A stretch of 61,052 nucleotides of DNA, the filler included, from Sphacelaria rigidula (taxonomy: Eukaryota), in NCBI GenBank assembly GCA_964200075.2. It is 8 parts of 8 records of this genome, joined end to end, with 100 filler letters (N's around TTAATTAATTAA, not from the genome) between each part and the next. Parts side by side here need not be neighbours in the genome. Positions count along the whole stretch, not along the records: positions 1 to 7,545 come from CAXNAA020014407.1; positions 7,646 to 15,189 come from CAXNAA020014408.1; 6 more parts are not named here. One strand, given 5' to 3'. Shown piece by piece: positions 1-12,151 of this stretch (position 1 is the stretch's first letter; each line of letters opens with the position of its first letter). The notes beneath the pieces were generated by a model that was not told the origin of the DNA, did not search any database, and saw only the letters and a program-made list of their open reading frames with translations. A program made the translations under genes and the position numbers.

Positions 1-3000
1 TTTTTTCAACTTCCCCACACACAGGCCCCCTCCCGCCATTTGTGTTAGTTGTGGGGGGGGGGGGGGGGGGGGTGATTGCACGACACGACGGACCCCATGG
101 TGTGTTAGACAACTTCCCGCACTCGGTATTGGCTCGCACGTGGATGGAAACGTTATCAAACGGTGTGAACTACGTCTGCCATATATATACCAGGAGCTTT
201 TTCATCAACTTTGTTGCCTGTATCGGCCCTCAAAGTGGATATTTCGTGCAAAAACTGATCGGAACCCTCCGCCGCCCCCGCCCCCGCCCCCGCCCCTCGT
301 CTCATTTCATTCCCCCATCGTACGAGCGCTCGGCAATCACTTAAAAAATACACGGAGACAGAACTCAAATCTTGTAGTTTGGTGAGCGTCTGGGAAGAAA
401 CAAGAAGGGGGAGAAAAAGCCCGTCCTCGCGTATGTAGGGAGTGCGGCTACAATGGAGTGTAACTTACCGGACATGATTGCTTTGCGCGGAAATAGGAAG
501 CGTTCAACGTATGTACAACCAAAACGTGCTGCGGGAAGGGAAACAAGCGGGAAGTGGGGCGGAATTTTTTCAGGGCATAAAACGACTGTTTCGGCTTACT
601 TTATTCACGACGAGGGTGCTCTGCGTTCGCTTACCTTGGGGAACTGAGAGTAGCTATGCGTCACCGCTGACGGAGAATAGAGCGAGTGAATTCGGCCTCG
701 GTAGCGTGCGCGTAAATATATCGTCAACTCTGTGAAGGTCATTGGGTGTAAAACCTATGAAGAGGACACGCTTTTTTTCACGACCACCTAACCACCCAAC
801 CACCCAACCAACCCGTCACTTAGTTAAGCAGCTATCAAGGACACCTCGAAGACAGGAGTCCTTTGACCCTTTGATCGCCCAGGTGCCTTCATCTATTCAA
901 TCAGTATCATGCTCAGTGGGAAAATGAGTGTCACGCTCGGGTATCCATCCGCAGGTTCTCGGAAGTTTTTTCACGGGAATATCCTGAAAGGATGTACAGA
1001 AAAGAACCAACATTGACCCTACAGCTAGCCTTTGCAATACCTGGTTTGCCGTACGTAAAATACACTAGTGGGCACGTGTTTTCATGGTACAACGTTCGCT
1101 TTCTTGCTCTAGACGGTACTGTACTGCACTTTCGCGTCTTCTTCAAAGCGACACTAGAAAGCACAAAGCGTACACTGATCATTGTACTTGCCTCCGGGTG
1201 ATGGGAGACTCAGACTTGGTGCTTGGGAATCACGAACATATGGGATTTCATGAACAACGGCTTCGAATGGAAGGTTATGGCTCATGCAGTGTACACTGAT
1301 ACTGGAAGTCGACAGTAAAGAACATGTTTCAGGGAACACAGCAGCTGTCCCAAACATGAATACACAAACGTCCTACTACAGTACGCATCTCCCTCTAAAT
1401 CGGAGTGCTTCCTCGGCAGTTACTGTTGTTCACTTGCTGAAGTAGAGCAGTCAGGTGCGAAAAACGTGAGCAGCACGATAGCTGCCGAGATTTGTCGCGA
1501 CACGACGGGAGCTTCCCGAACGTGGCTCTAAATACGTTGGACGACGATGAAAATGACGAAATTGTGCAATCCAACTCTACCGGGAAGGAATTGATCGTTG
1601 CCCGAAACAAGGGGATCCATAGGTGTGGCGTGCAACGGCATTCAAGTCTACGTGCAATTTCAAAAGGTAAAGCGTCGTCGATGTACCGATACTGACAGCT
1701 CAATAGCTCCCATTGTGGAAAATTGACATTAGCTGATTCGCAACGAATCCAGCCGTGGTAAAATATGGGCGTACCCAAGGTACGTACACGGAAAATCTAG
1801 CTAAAGGGACCCCGAAATGTCGCTCAGTTTTGATTCTAAGACCGTAAGGAATAATTTCTTCAGCCCCGACCAAAGCCTCAAAGCAACTCCCGCGAATAAC
1901 ATTGTTTTTCGATCCCCACCCCTCCCCTCACTATCCTGCAATGGCCCAAATGAAGAAAGGTTCCCCTACCAGGCGCACTGCATCACCATCATCCATCACA
2001 GCAAGGGGACGATCCTCCGCCGACACCGTAGGCATGTGGAGCCTCAGTAGAAGAGCGCTGAACCTGCAGTGATAAAAATACTTGGGAGTCACACTCCAAA
2101 AAGCTCAGGAGTTATTTCGTGTGTCTAACATTGGCGCTTATCCCCATGCAACGTCCGTCGCCGTATAAGAAAAGCCATGCAGGCAGCATACGGCCTGTTG
2201 TGTAAAGGGCTAATGAACAAACCGTAATCACGTGCCTCTCCAAATAGATCTTCGACTGGTAGCGCGCGACCACAAGCGGAAAACCAGCTGTGGTGTGATG
2301 AGTAAATAAAAAATAAAGAAGTACGTGATTTTTCGAAAGTACTCAGGAGCCAGCGCGCTATATCGATGCTCTTCGAAAGCCGAACATACCGCGAAGTACA
2401 CGTACGATCGGTGCACCATCTTGTGCACACATGTGTTAAGTTTACGCATTTGGTACTTTGTCGTACTCCCCCCTCCCCTCGTTTCCTCGAGATGATTCCG
2501 CAATCACAGGGGATTCACAACCCATATCTTCCCCGGTACGTGAACTACACCCTAACGTCGAGCACGGGATTAACACTCTCGCTGACCATTGACTTCTCAC
2601 GAATTATTCTGCCAAGTCCGGTTCTCAAGCGATCGAAAGACGGGCACAACAAAAAAGAGCGCGCAAACGTCGGAATTCAAATTCGCGCAAGTCCACCCCA
2701 CCTGGCGTTGACTATGTGCCAGATTGCTCGTTGCGGTGAGGCAGCACTACATGCACATACTTGCAACACTGCATGGGTAAGGCCCCAATGCTGTGTGTTG
2801 AAGCTGTGTTGATGTATTTTTTCAATGTATCTTGACATGGATGACATGTTTTCATTCGCAATTGCAGATCCAGAGCTGGCGAATGGCAACTTTGAAAGCG
2901 AGGGTGTGCGAAAAATTTGTGACTGGCTTCGAAGCGCGTTCAACTTTGCAGTCATCCAAGCCGTTGCACTGTAGGAAAACCGAGAAGTTCACACATCATA

Positions 3001-4282
3001 CCCATGTGTCTTGTAATACACTACTACTCTCCCAGTTCCCCCTTCGATGTACCCACCTTCACCCTGCCCCCCTGTGTACATACGCGTGTTCAATGGTCAA
3101 ATGACTAAGGCAAGCAACAAATAAGTACGCCCCCTCGTTGTGCACACCTGCCGCAGTCGGAGTTGTAAGATCGCATGACCGAAGCGAATACACCCGAACC
3201 CGAATCTGGCATAGGACTGAGGATGCTCACATCGCGTGGTGCTAAGGTCTCTTGCTTCTCCTGCTCATGTTGGCGCAAAACATCATCGAGATATTGGTAG
3301 CGCAACTTTGAGGGCGCCAGATTGTCGTTCGGTTTCCGGAGAAAACCACGGTTGCAAATGTTTTTCGGGGTAGTAAAGAACAAATGTGAGTGTGCGTCTA
3401 CCTCGTCACCACGGCTGGATCCGTAGAGTGCCTCAGTTAAATGGACGACGATCCACCCTATGATTCGTACTGTGCAGGTCAGAGGCGACCATTATTTCGC
3501 TGAGGTTTTCCCGAGGTGGTCGGGTAGTACTTGCTTTCACTATTTGTACTGGATATCTAGTCTTCTTGTTCGACGTGGTAATTCGTATAACTTCAGTTAG
3601 ATTCAATTTTCGCACGGAAATCCGTAATCTGCCGTTGTTGTCAGGACGATAGTACAAATTCATGTACATACCTTGTATATAGTAATCGACCAATCGATCG
3701 ACAAAAGGGTGTATTCTCCGTCTTCGCGTGCAGTCTGTCGAAGTTTATCATTTCCGAGAGCAACCGATACTTTGACCTGTAACAACCTCGACACTGACCA
3801 AGTGACATGAAGTGTCCTGCGCAGGTGGAATTGTTCCAACATGGTCAACTCGTATGACGGCATTGAACCAATTTATAGTTCGAGGTTTTGGAAATGGAAA
3901 TAGCTCGATCATTATGTGGACAAGTAGTCAAAATAAGTTTGGATACCGATTGTAAGAAGGGCTGCTTCCATCAAGCTGTTACCAGCTAGCCCCGATGTTT
4001 TTGCACTCTAGCATAATGTTTCAAGTGTTCCGGATATTATGAATATTTGTAGAACTGCAAACCAGTCCTGCGGTTGACGGATGTACCACAACTCTCAACG
4101 TTCGGTATGATAGGTGACTGGTTCGATCAATACACTGTGTTGCACATTCAGCGATGTTGGATATGAAAGATTTATACGGTTCAGAGGTGATGTGGGTTTT
4201 TCGTACGTTTGATAGATATGGAATCAACTTCTCAATTATGAGGTTGTTTTTTCCTGTATCATTCACTTTATATTTGGTGTGG

Positions 4283-4532
4283 GACTCATGCCGAGATAGC
4301 CCCCCCACAAAAAGTGCACGTGAGACGGTGCGACAAAACAGCTGCGATCCCACTATTGGGCTCGTTCCTAGCAATTTCGCCCACATGAGAGGCGTGGAGC
4401 AGTTCGAAATTAGCTATTACGCTCAAATAAGTCGCGTTCGTGCAGCACGAAACCAGCTTTAACGGCATTTATGATCATCGCCTCCGTGCACTTTTTGGGC
4501 CGGTTTGGGGGGGGGCTATCTCGGCAGCAGTC
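4283..4532. mobile_element. MITE family A, copy 1 (250 bp)
   Basis: TIRs GACTCATGCCGAGATAGCCCCCCC / GGGGGGGCTATCTCGGCAGCAGTC; perfect 4-bp TSD GTGG at 4279-4282 and 4533-4536; homologous copy at 17109. Confidence 0.85.
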
Positions 4533-7290
4533 GTGGCCATTCTTTGGAAACTACGTCGTAGTCGAGTGGTTGGGGCGCACGAGCAACAGGTTGTTCCGGC
4601 TCTTCGACTGAGAATATCTTCGACAAACTAATGTAAAGAAAATCAAGACCTCAGACTTCATTTTGGGACCTATCTTTCCTGAACAACGGTACCGCGTGAC
4701 CCGCTTCGTAGGGGCTTGAAACATAGCTCGTCCGTTACTTCGCGACACGCTTGCCAACAGAGATTCATCGCCGTGGAAGGTACACTGTTTTCCTAGGGGT
4801 ATGTACTCAAACGAATAAATCTTCAACGCATTCAGTCTCTCCTGCAAGGACCCTGTTTGTCGTTTTCTGGGCAATGCAGGGCATGCCTCGCAGGGTCGTT
4901 TGCGTGCCTCGGAAACAACAAAAACGGCGAGATGTCTATGAAACCACGCAGAAATATATATCGATATATATATTTGGAAACGGTAATTATTGTACACTCG
5001 TCCAAATAGAAGGTCATCGTGTCTTTCGTTTCAAGTAAATAACAGGAAAAGGCAGAGACGGTTCCTTGGCTACATCAGCTGCAGCAGTTCAGTTCCTCGC
5101 CCCTTCTACTATGTCATCGGGGAAGAGTACAGCTTGGAATCAGGAACTGAGAAGCTGCGAAATGTTTGTTCACCATGACAAAAAAACGATGGTGCTCGTC
5201 GAAAAATGGGCGCAGATGAATATTTAAACTCTCCCACCAGCACAATGTCGTGTGCACTCACGCTCCCTCCGTCCCTTCGCCACCCCCATACCCGACGAAG
5301 AGCGCATCGAAGTATGTGAGAGAATCAGTTCAATGTAACATACGATGAACCGGGATCGGTACAAATATCTACGTTCGAAGTCACGTGCCTCCTATGGATC
5401 GATCCGCCCTGCCATGACTCCACACGTTTTTACCCCCGGTGTGACAACATGAGCACAATACGCCGCACAACAGGACCACATCGGATCAGTCTAGTGTATG
5501 TGTGCCTTTGGATTTACTTTGGAAGAAGAATATAAGAGCTCCTGCCGCCGGAGCATATCTAGGAGAAAGCTGTGCGAAGCCGTACTATGAACTTGTTTTT
5601 ACCGGAACACCCTCCCTCCCCTCCCCGCAGAGACCAAGCGTCATGAAATTACGGATCCATTTTGTCCTACCGAGAGAAAGCCTATACCACCGCGGTTGCT
5701 GCCGATGCTGTGGCTGTTGCAGCTGCTCTGTGGAGAAGTGCAATCGGGTGTGAAGCAAATTGCAGTATCCTGTGCCCCTGGGAGGCACAGAAACACCGAG
5801 GTGTTCTCTGAGTCGATCACGCATATCCTGTTGGCGACATAACCGACCGATGGACGGAAGCGATGGGAGCGGGAATGCAAACCGTCGACACGGTAGTAAT
5901 GACTATGCAGCCGGGAATGGGATACCGTCTACATGACGCGGCACCATTGCAGTCTAATAGTGCGACTGAAAACCATTAGATCGGGAAAATACGGATTCGA
6001 TTCCTGGCAAATGCATGTGTCTTTTCATTCACGTGCCTCATTCCCGTCGTTGAAAACGTGAGAGCTTGAGCAGAGAAGGCATTTCTTTGACGAGAGTCGA
6101 CGCGGTGAGGGAGGGGTGATCCAATTCATAATGCCAAGTTGCAAGGCGTGTACAAGGGGAGAGATGGGTCCATCCCTTGAGACCACGAGCTCGTCTCGAG
6201 GAAAGGGAGAGTAAAAGTGTGCCCAAATAGAACAACTTGAACACTCGTGAGTGTTTTCAATATTTTCGTATATACACAAGGTTTTCGGCGGCTTCTGCCG
6301 CCACGCTCAGTAGATCGATTCGCAGATACACGATAACTACACAAGAGTGGATCTTTCCTCGTTCAATCCCTTTGACCCGAAAATAATGGAACCCCAGCCT
6401 CTCGTGTCACGGAGACCCCTCTGCGCTTTGCATACCCATTGGACAAAGCATTCAACACACGCATGGATGTCCATGGCACTCGTGCTGCGGTGGCCGGTCG
6501 TGCTGAGTTCGGATTGTTGGTAACCTCTTGACCGCCATGGTCCGTGATCTGTGGGTCTTGCAGTTGTACTCATGCTTCGAGTAGAGATGATACCGATTCA
6601 GCAGATCGATTACCCACCCTGGACTAAAACGCTGACCTTTCGACCGCGACGGTGGGTCATCTGCCGAATCGACATCGTTTTCATTTGAAACAGAAAATCA
6701 TGCCACTCTGGTGCGGAGAAGGAGACTGGTACGTACAATAAGTCATCAGCTGTTACTGAGGATATGAAAATGTTGAGTGGATTGTTGATAATTGCAATAG
6801 TAGTCCAGATCCGGATCTTCATACATACTTTTACTTTACTTTTGTAAGACCCGGTTACCAGGCGATCCAGAGGGACGTTTGTGTCACGCGCGGCACGCGT
6901 TGCGACAATGCGTTTCTACTCAAATCGCAGCCCTAGGATAACACATGCGTTGACTACATAGAACACGGTCGCACAAGCACAAGAGGGGGAGGTTGGGGGG
7001 GGGGGGGAGGGCACGGCGCTGTTTCGTGTGCAGCAGCAGCTTACTTGATTATTTATGTATTTGCGCACTTCGTGAAAACCACTGCGCTTGTCTGTGGACC
7101 GCCTGTGCTGTTGCAATGGATGCCCTACTGTAGCTCGACAACGTTGTTGACATCTGGTGTAGCTCATGAATATGACGCCTTTGGACATGAGAGAGGGCGT
7201 TTTTCATAAATAGCCTGCCGCTAACTTCTACTCCAAAAACACCGCCTACGATTTTGCAGGGCAGGTCCGCGCAAGACGCGGGATCGGATC

Positions 7291-7545
7291 TCCCTCCCCC
7301 TCCCCTCCCCACAGCCTGGTCCGGCGAGAACCCGGCGCGCTCCGTCCCGGCTTTGAAGGGGCGGACCCCCGATGGGGTTGGTGTCGGTTGGCGACGACGC
7401 TGTAAAACACGCCACGCACTGCGTAAGCTAGGCAACCAGGTTACCGGGGTTTTTTTGGCGCGCTTGCGTTTTTTCCCCGGTAACCATGATGGTAGTCGAG
7501 CTCGATCATGTTGTGCGGCGTGGGAGAACCTCAACTCCGCACAAT
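7291..7545 (-). repeat. Family B dispersed repeat, distal part (cut by contig end)
   Basis: Matches the copies at 19290-19550, 35975-36050 and 55230-55400; contains the AAAGCCGGGACGGAGC...CCGGACCAGGCT block next to a G-rich tract. Confidence 0.85.
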
Positions 7546-7645
7546 NNNNNNNNNNNNNNNNNNNNNNNNNNNNNNNNNNNNNNNNNNNNTTAATTAATTA
7601 ANNNNNNNNNNNNNNNNNNNNNNNNNNNNNNNNNNNNNNNNNNNN
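7546..7645. other. Artificial contig linker N44-TTAATTAATTAA-N44 (first of seven)
   Basis: Identical 100-nt linkers with stops in all six frames start at 7546, 15190, 22834, 30478, 38122, 45766 and 53410, with constant 7644-nt spacing. Confidence 0.98.
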
Positions 7646-8762
7646 GCCGTTACATACATTCGTTGATTTTCATCAACATGAAGCCACTGTTTCATGTTAT
7701 ATGCAAGACACGTCATTCCTAACCGGCCTCGTTGGTCGTTCTGGAGGCCCAGTCCCAAAAGGGTTAGACATTCAAGAAAGTTTCGCGGGATATTCACGAA
7801 TATAGGGGTTCCCATTCGCGTGACACTTGCCATTGCCTATTCGGTGTACGAAACAGCGGCCGCTGTTCTGCTCGTTGTCTACAGCCATGCACTGCCTGTA
7901 CTGCATGTACCGTGCAGTATACTGCTCCCGTTTGTGAGTGCATGCATGTACTGTGGCACGGCGGTACTGACTATTTGTACTTGACTGTTGATCCGCCGTG
8001 CACTGTGTGTGCTGCCGGTACTGTGATGTGCGCAGCTATACTTCATACGTGTAACGTCTGTACAGCTAGCTGCAATGTTCGATTGGAGGCGTTTTTGGCG
8101 AACCCCTTTCCCGACAAACCTTGATATCTCCGAAAACAGACACCAGAGAAACGTAAGTGGATCTGGGTTTGCGGCGTGACAAATGCGCCAGGGGATGGGC
8201 GGGTACGAGAGAGCCATTGAGACAAATGTGACGGAACATGATCAGGTACAAGATGTGGGTTTTAATCTAGAATCGGCACACAACACAAATCAGGTTCATT
8301 GAGGGAGCTCATCTATCCTTTCATATAGTATGAGCGCAAAAAATATTTATCTGGAAAACGACCAAATTCGGATATATTTTGTCATAGAAAAGGCATAGTA
8401 AAGAAACGGTTCCAGAAGAATTACCTTACCCCCCCCCCCTCGTCTATTTTCCAGATTTTTTTCTCATCATGAGAATAAATACTGTAAACATATGCAGCAA
8501 AATCGATTGAGATGCCCCCAGTTTAGCGTGACATGATCGTACAGGTTTTGTACCGTTCCTTGATAGAGACGGAAGAAACGTGCAAACACTTCTGCAGTCC
8601 AGATGTCGTACTGCCTCCACATATCGGAGGTCAGTCTCCCATCGTACAGACTGTACACGAGCACTGACAAGAGTACAGTAGAATCGATACAAAATCACAT
8701 TTCTACACCTCGCCCTCTGGGACGATAAACTCAACGTCACCCTCTTCAGGAATCAATTGCAC

Positions 8763-9345
8763 CTGTCTGCGAAGGATGCTCGCCAGGGAACACAGTTCGC
8801 TGCTGGGCAGCCGTGGCCTGCTGGTGAGGTTGCTGCCCCTGCTGCGGAATCAGCTGCTGCGGCTGCTGCGACTGTCGCTGTTGCTGTTGGGGATGTTGTT
8901 GTGCCGCCAGCTGGTGCGGCGCAATACCATTGCGATGCCCCCCACCAACGAACCCACCTCCGTTTGCTTGGGAAGGTACAGCAACAGCACCAGTACCGGT
9001 CGCGCCAACACCAATTTGGTGTACTCCCGCCGCCGCTGCCGTCGCCGCAGGCACCGCCGTGACACCCTGACGCGGTGGCATCAAGGACTGCGTGGGGGGC
9101 TGAGTGGGGGAAACGGCGATGGGACGTTGAGGAGCGGCGGCGGCCGTCACAGCTGTAGGCGCAGCGGCAACCGATCCCACTGCCGGCTGCGCGTTGCTTG
9201 TGTTATTTGTAGGGGCGACAACGGCAGTAGAGGGCAGGTGCGCTGCGCGAAGTGGTGGCATGCCGGCACGGGAATCATCTCTGAGCAACATGTGGGCGAC
9301 TTCCGGTTCGTCGTCGTCAATCGGTAGGGGCGCGTCCTGAGACAT
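8763..9345 (-). CDS. First coding exon of a Gln/Ala/Pro-rich protein of unknown function
   Basis: ATG in CAACATG context; 194 open GC-rich codons (MSQDAPLPIDDDEPEV...QQHPQQQQRQSQQPQQ); probable donor AG|GTGCAA at 8762; divergent from the gene at 9767. Confidence 0.7.
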
Positions 9346-9766
9346 GTTGCCTCCTGAAACACGCGACGCTCGATGGGCGCGTTTTCTTTATCTGAACAAG
9401 GGAAACAGGGCTATACCAAGTTTTACTACTTGTGATGCCAAGCGTGCGCTAGACTTGACTACAGTAACTCAACCCGGATGAAAGGTATCAATTCGAGATG
9501 GCTGCGAATGTTGGTCATACGCTCAAGGAGTTGCTTCTGCTTTGAATTAAATTCGTGTATCGAATTAAATTATGTATATAGTTGGTCATTTTTTGCACGA
9601 CGAACGGCAAGACGCTTCGAAAGGAGCAAACGAGTCTGAGAATCCTGTTTGGTGAATGCCATGGATTTACACGGAGTTAAGTAGGCAGTCCAAGGCAAGA
9701 CTTCAACTCAGGACAGCTGTCAATCACGACCAATAAGCGTAGGTGAACACCGCCAGAGTACCTATC
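9346..9766. promoter_or_regulatory. Probable bidirectional promoter region
   Basis: 421 bp between two divergent ATGs; lower GC than the flanking exons; GAATTAAATT occurs twice (about 9544 and 9562). Confidence 0.45.
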
Positions 9767-10009
9767 ATGGAGGAAGAAATCCCAGTAGTTGACATTTCCA
9801 AATGGATCAGCGCTGAGGTGAAGGGAACCGGAGAAAGTGACCATGCTGCCCTTGAGGAGGATTGCCGACGCATGGCGGATGCCTTGCACCGCTTCGGCAT
9901 CGTACTGGTCCGCGACCCTCGAGTGTCTGATGTGGACAACAACGCATTTCTCGATAAGATGGAAGCTTACTATGCCCAGAGCGATGGTGTGAAAGACGCA
10001 AGGCCTGAG
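9767..10009 (+). CDS. First exon of a 2OG-Fe(II) oxygenase / isopenicillin N synthase-like protein (DIOX_N-type N-terminus)
   Basis: MEEEIPVVDISKW...DCRRMADALHRFGIVLVRDPRV...FLDKMEAYY...DARPE fits the IPVVD / aL..fG pattern of this family; 81 codons ending at donor GAG|GTGTGT. Confidence 0.8.
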
Positions 10010-11719
10010 GTGTGTACCCCACACATGTGCAACAAACCTCGAAAATATCAACCTTCGTTGGGATCCAGCGAGCACAAGCTTACGTTGTTCCCCCGCACTG
10101 CAACTGCTGCTGTAGTTGTATTGTTTGTCTGCGTGTCGCATGCTCTGCTCAATCGCTGTGGAAATTCTGTTGACTTATTGCTGGTGTTTCATTGTGCAAC
10201 CCTGTTGCGGTTACCATGCGATGATGCCTGTGTCCTTCTACGGTCGTGGGGTGTGTTTTTTCGTTTCTCTTTGGGCGCGACGCTGCTTTCGGAACAACAT
10301 CGCCGGCTGGCAGTCCCGCGAAAAATCCAGTTTACAACCTTGAACAATGTTGCTGTGTTGTTATTTTTCAATAATATGGAGGCGATTGTAGGCTTTTGTT
10401 TTTATGCGTTTATTTTCAAAACATACGTTCGTCTTGTTAAACAGGGGTCACTTGTCATTTAGGAGCGGTTTGAAGCGGAATCCTCGCCGAGCCCTTACAA
10501 TAATTGTTTTCAGTGCGGAAGGGCGAAACAATAACGCATAAATCTAAATCTATGCGAATCATATGCGCGCATAAGAAGTAAAAGCCTAGACGATTTCATT
10601 AATATTGCTTTGTGACGCGGGGGTTACATTTGAAACGGCCATGCCCCGCAGTGTAAAGTGTGCTGACTCTAGAGGGGCACACGTCCTTGGAAGACAGTTA
10701 TCCACATCGGCACGGAAACTAGCGATACAAACGACGTCCAAGGCTTAGTCGCCCCGATGCCTTAGGATTCATGTCACTGCGCTTAATACAAGAATTTCAT
10801 GTCGGTGCAGATATGAAAGACAAAGTTGGCAGTGTGTGCTTCGAGCCGGCAGTACCGTACGGACTGTACGACGCGAACCACGCCTCGGCAGAAGTGGAAT
10901 TCCAGCGATCCCTCGTGAAAAATTGGAAGTTGATCTCTGTCACATCCTGAGAGCAAGTGAAACGGCTAAAAATTCCGCAAAAGGTCGGTGAAGTGCATGT
11001 TCGAGGTAACTCAAGATATTCACGTGCGAGCTGCGTCCACTAAAACCGCGGGTTGATTCTGAAAGAAATAGAGAAGAGCGACCAACCCCGTCGTGATCAG
11101 TCTTTGTTGGTGACCTGTAGGGGAGTTGTGGTATTGGTTGTAAGGGGACGTTGTACCCTTCCCGGACAGTTTCACAGAGATCCTAGGCAGGAAGACATTG
11201 TTGTCTTCCGACTCGGCTGTACGGCGACGTATTGCGCGAGACGACGTGAAAACCCACATGGCAGCAGCCCCAAACATACCACGAAGCCTGAATGGGGGTT
11301 GATACCTGTGTTCCTGCGCGCGTGGACTCATCAGCGGGTCAAGTTCAACGACTGTGCTGGCAAGATCTGCCGCTGTCTCCGCGACGGTTTCATACTATAC
11401 CCTCCATAATTGAGGTTATAAAATGAAAAAGATGTTCCGAAAAAAGTTCGATCGTCATGCATAATCATCCTTTGAAGCCACGCAGCGCACGAAACGCCTT
11501 GGGTCGCCAGTACCATTGCGTCAACACCTACTAGCAGCCTGCCTCAACCCACACATACGTGAAGTTTCGGCATCACCAGACGCCAAATGCGCTATGTTCG
11601 AACGCGTAACCTCAGAAAATACCGCCTCCATGTATCATTGAACAGGAACAAAACTGTAAGCGTTTTCTGATGACCCTTGAGAGAACTTTCCCGTTTCATT
11701 ACTTAATAACACAGACATT

Positions 11720-11905
11720 CGAATTTTTCATGGAGTCGACAGTCCCAAGCACTCCTAGCTCCTAGCGTGCGCAGAGGGTGTTTGTTGTCAAAATCGGCGC
11801 CGCAGGCGCCGATTTCAGGTCTGCCAAGCCACACTTTGCCTAGCGCACCCTCTGTAACCCCCTTACCCGAGGGTCCTCGCGTGTGCCTTGGGTCGAGTTT
11901 AGGTC
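11720..11905 (+). repeat. Family H dispersed repeat (unclassified)
   Basis: Reverse-complement similarity to 21885-22075 (CTTTGCCTAG.GCACCCT.TGTA.CCCCCTT.CCC.AGGG). Confidence 0.7.
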
Positions 11906-12151
11906 GGTTCTTATCGAAGGGGGTCATCCCTCTTCATTAGATCCCTTCCCGAAAAGGGATTGCCCCCAAACGACCAGTTTGAGTCTTACCGTAAGAGCAC
12001 CACCCTGCAAGAATACCTGAAAATCATTTTGAGAGATGCGTCACCTCCAAACCACAGCGAAGAGGAACGCGGCGGAACTACATGTATCTTTCACATGTAG
12101 CAATTTTGAATTTCGCACAAAGCACGACCACAGTACGACACAGCTCTCGCC

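Noticed and set aside
3105..3170. PHD-finger-like peptide NSDCGRCAQRGGVLICC on the minus strand
   Set aside because: GGVLICC is read from the repeat terminus GGGGGCGTACTTATTTGTTGC found elsewhere in the window, and the rest of a PHD is missing.
3400..4280. Series of short minus-strand ORFs that might be a decayed viral or TE gene
   Set aside because: No motif I can recognise; a BLASTX search would be needed.
10010..10462. C-terminal part of the 239-aa ORF 9743-10462
   Set aside because: Read-through into an intron after the GAG|GT donor; T-rich with no family similarity.
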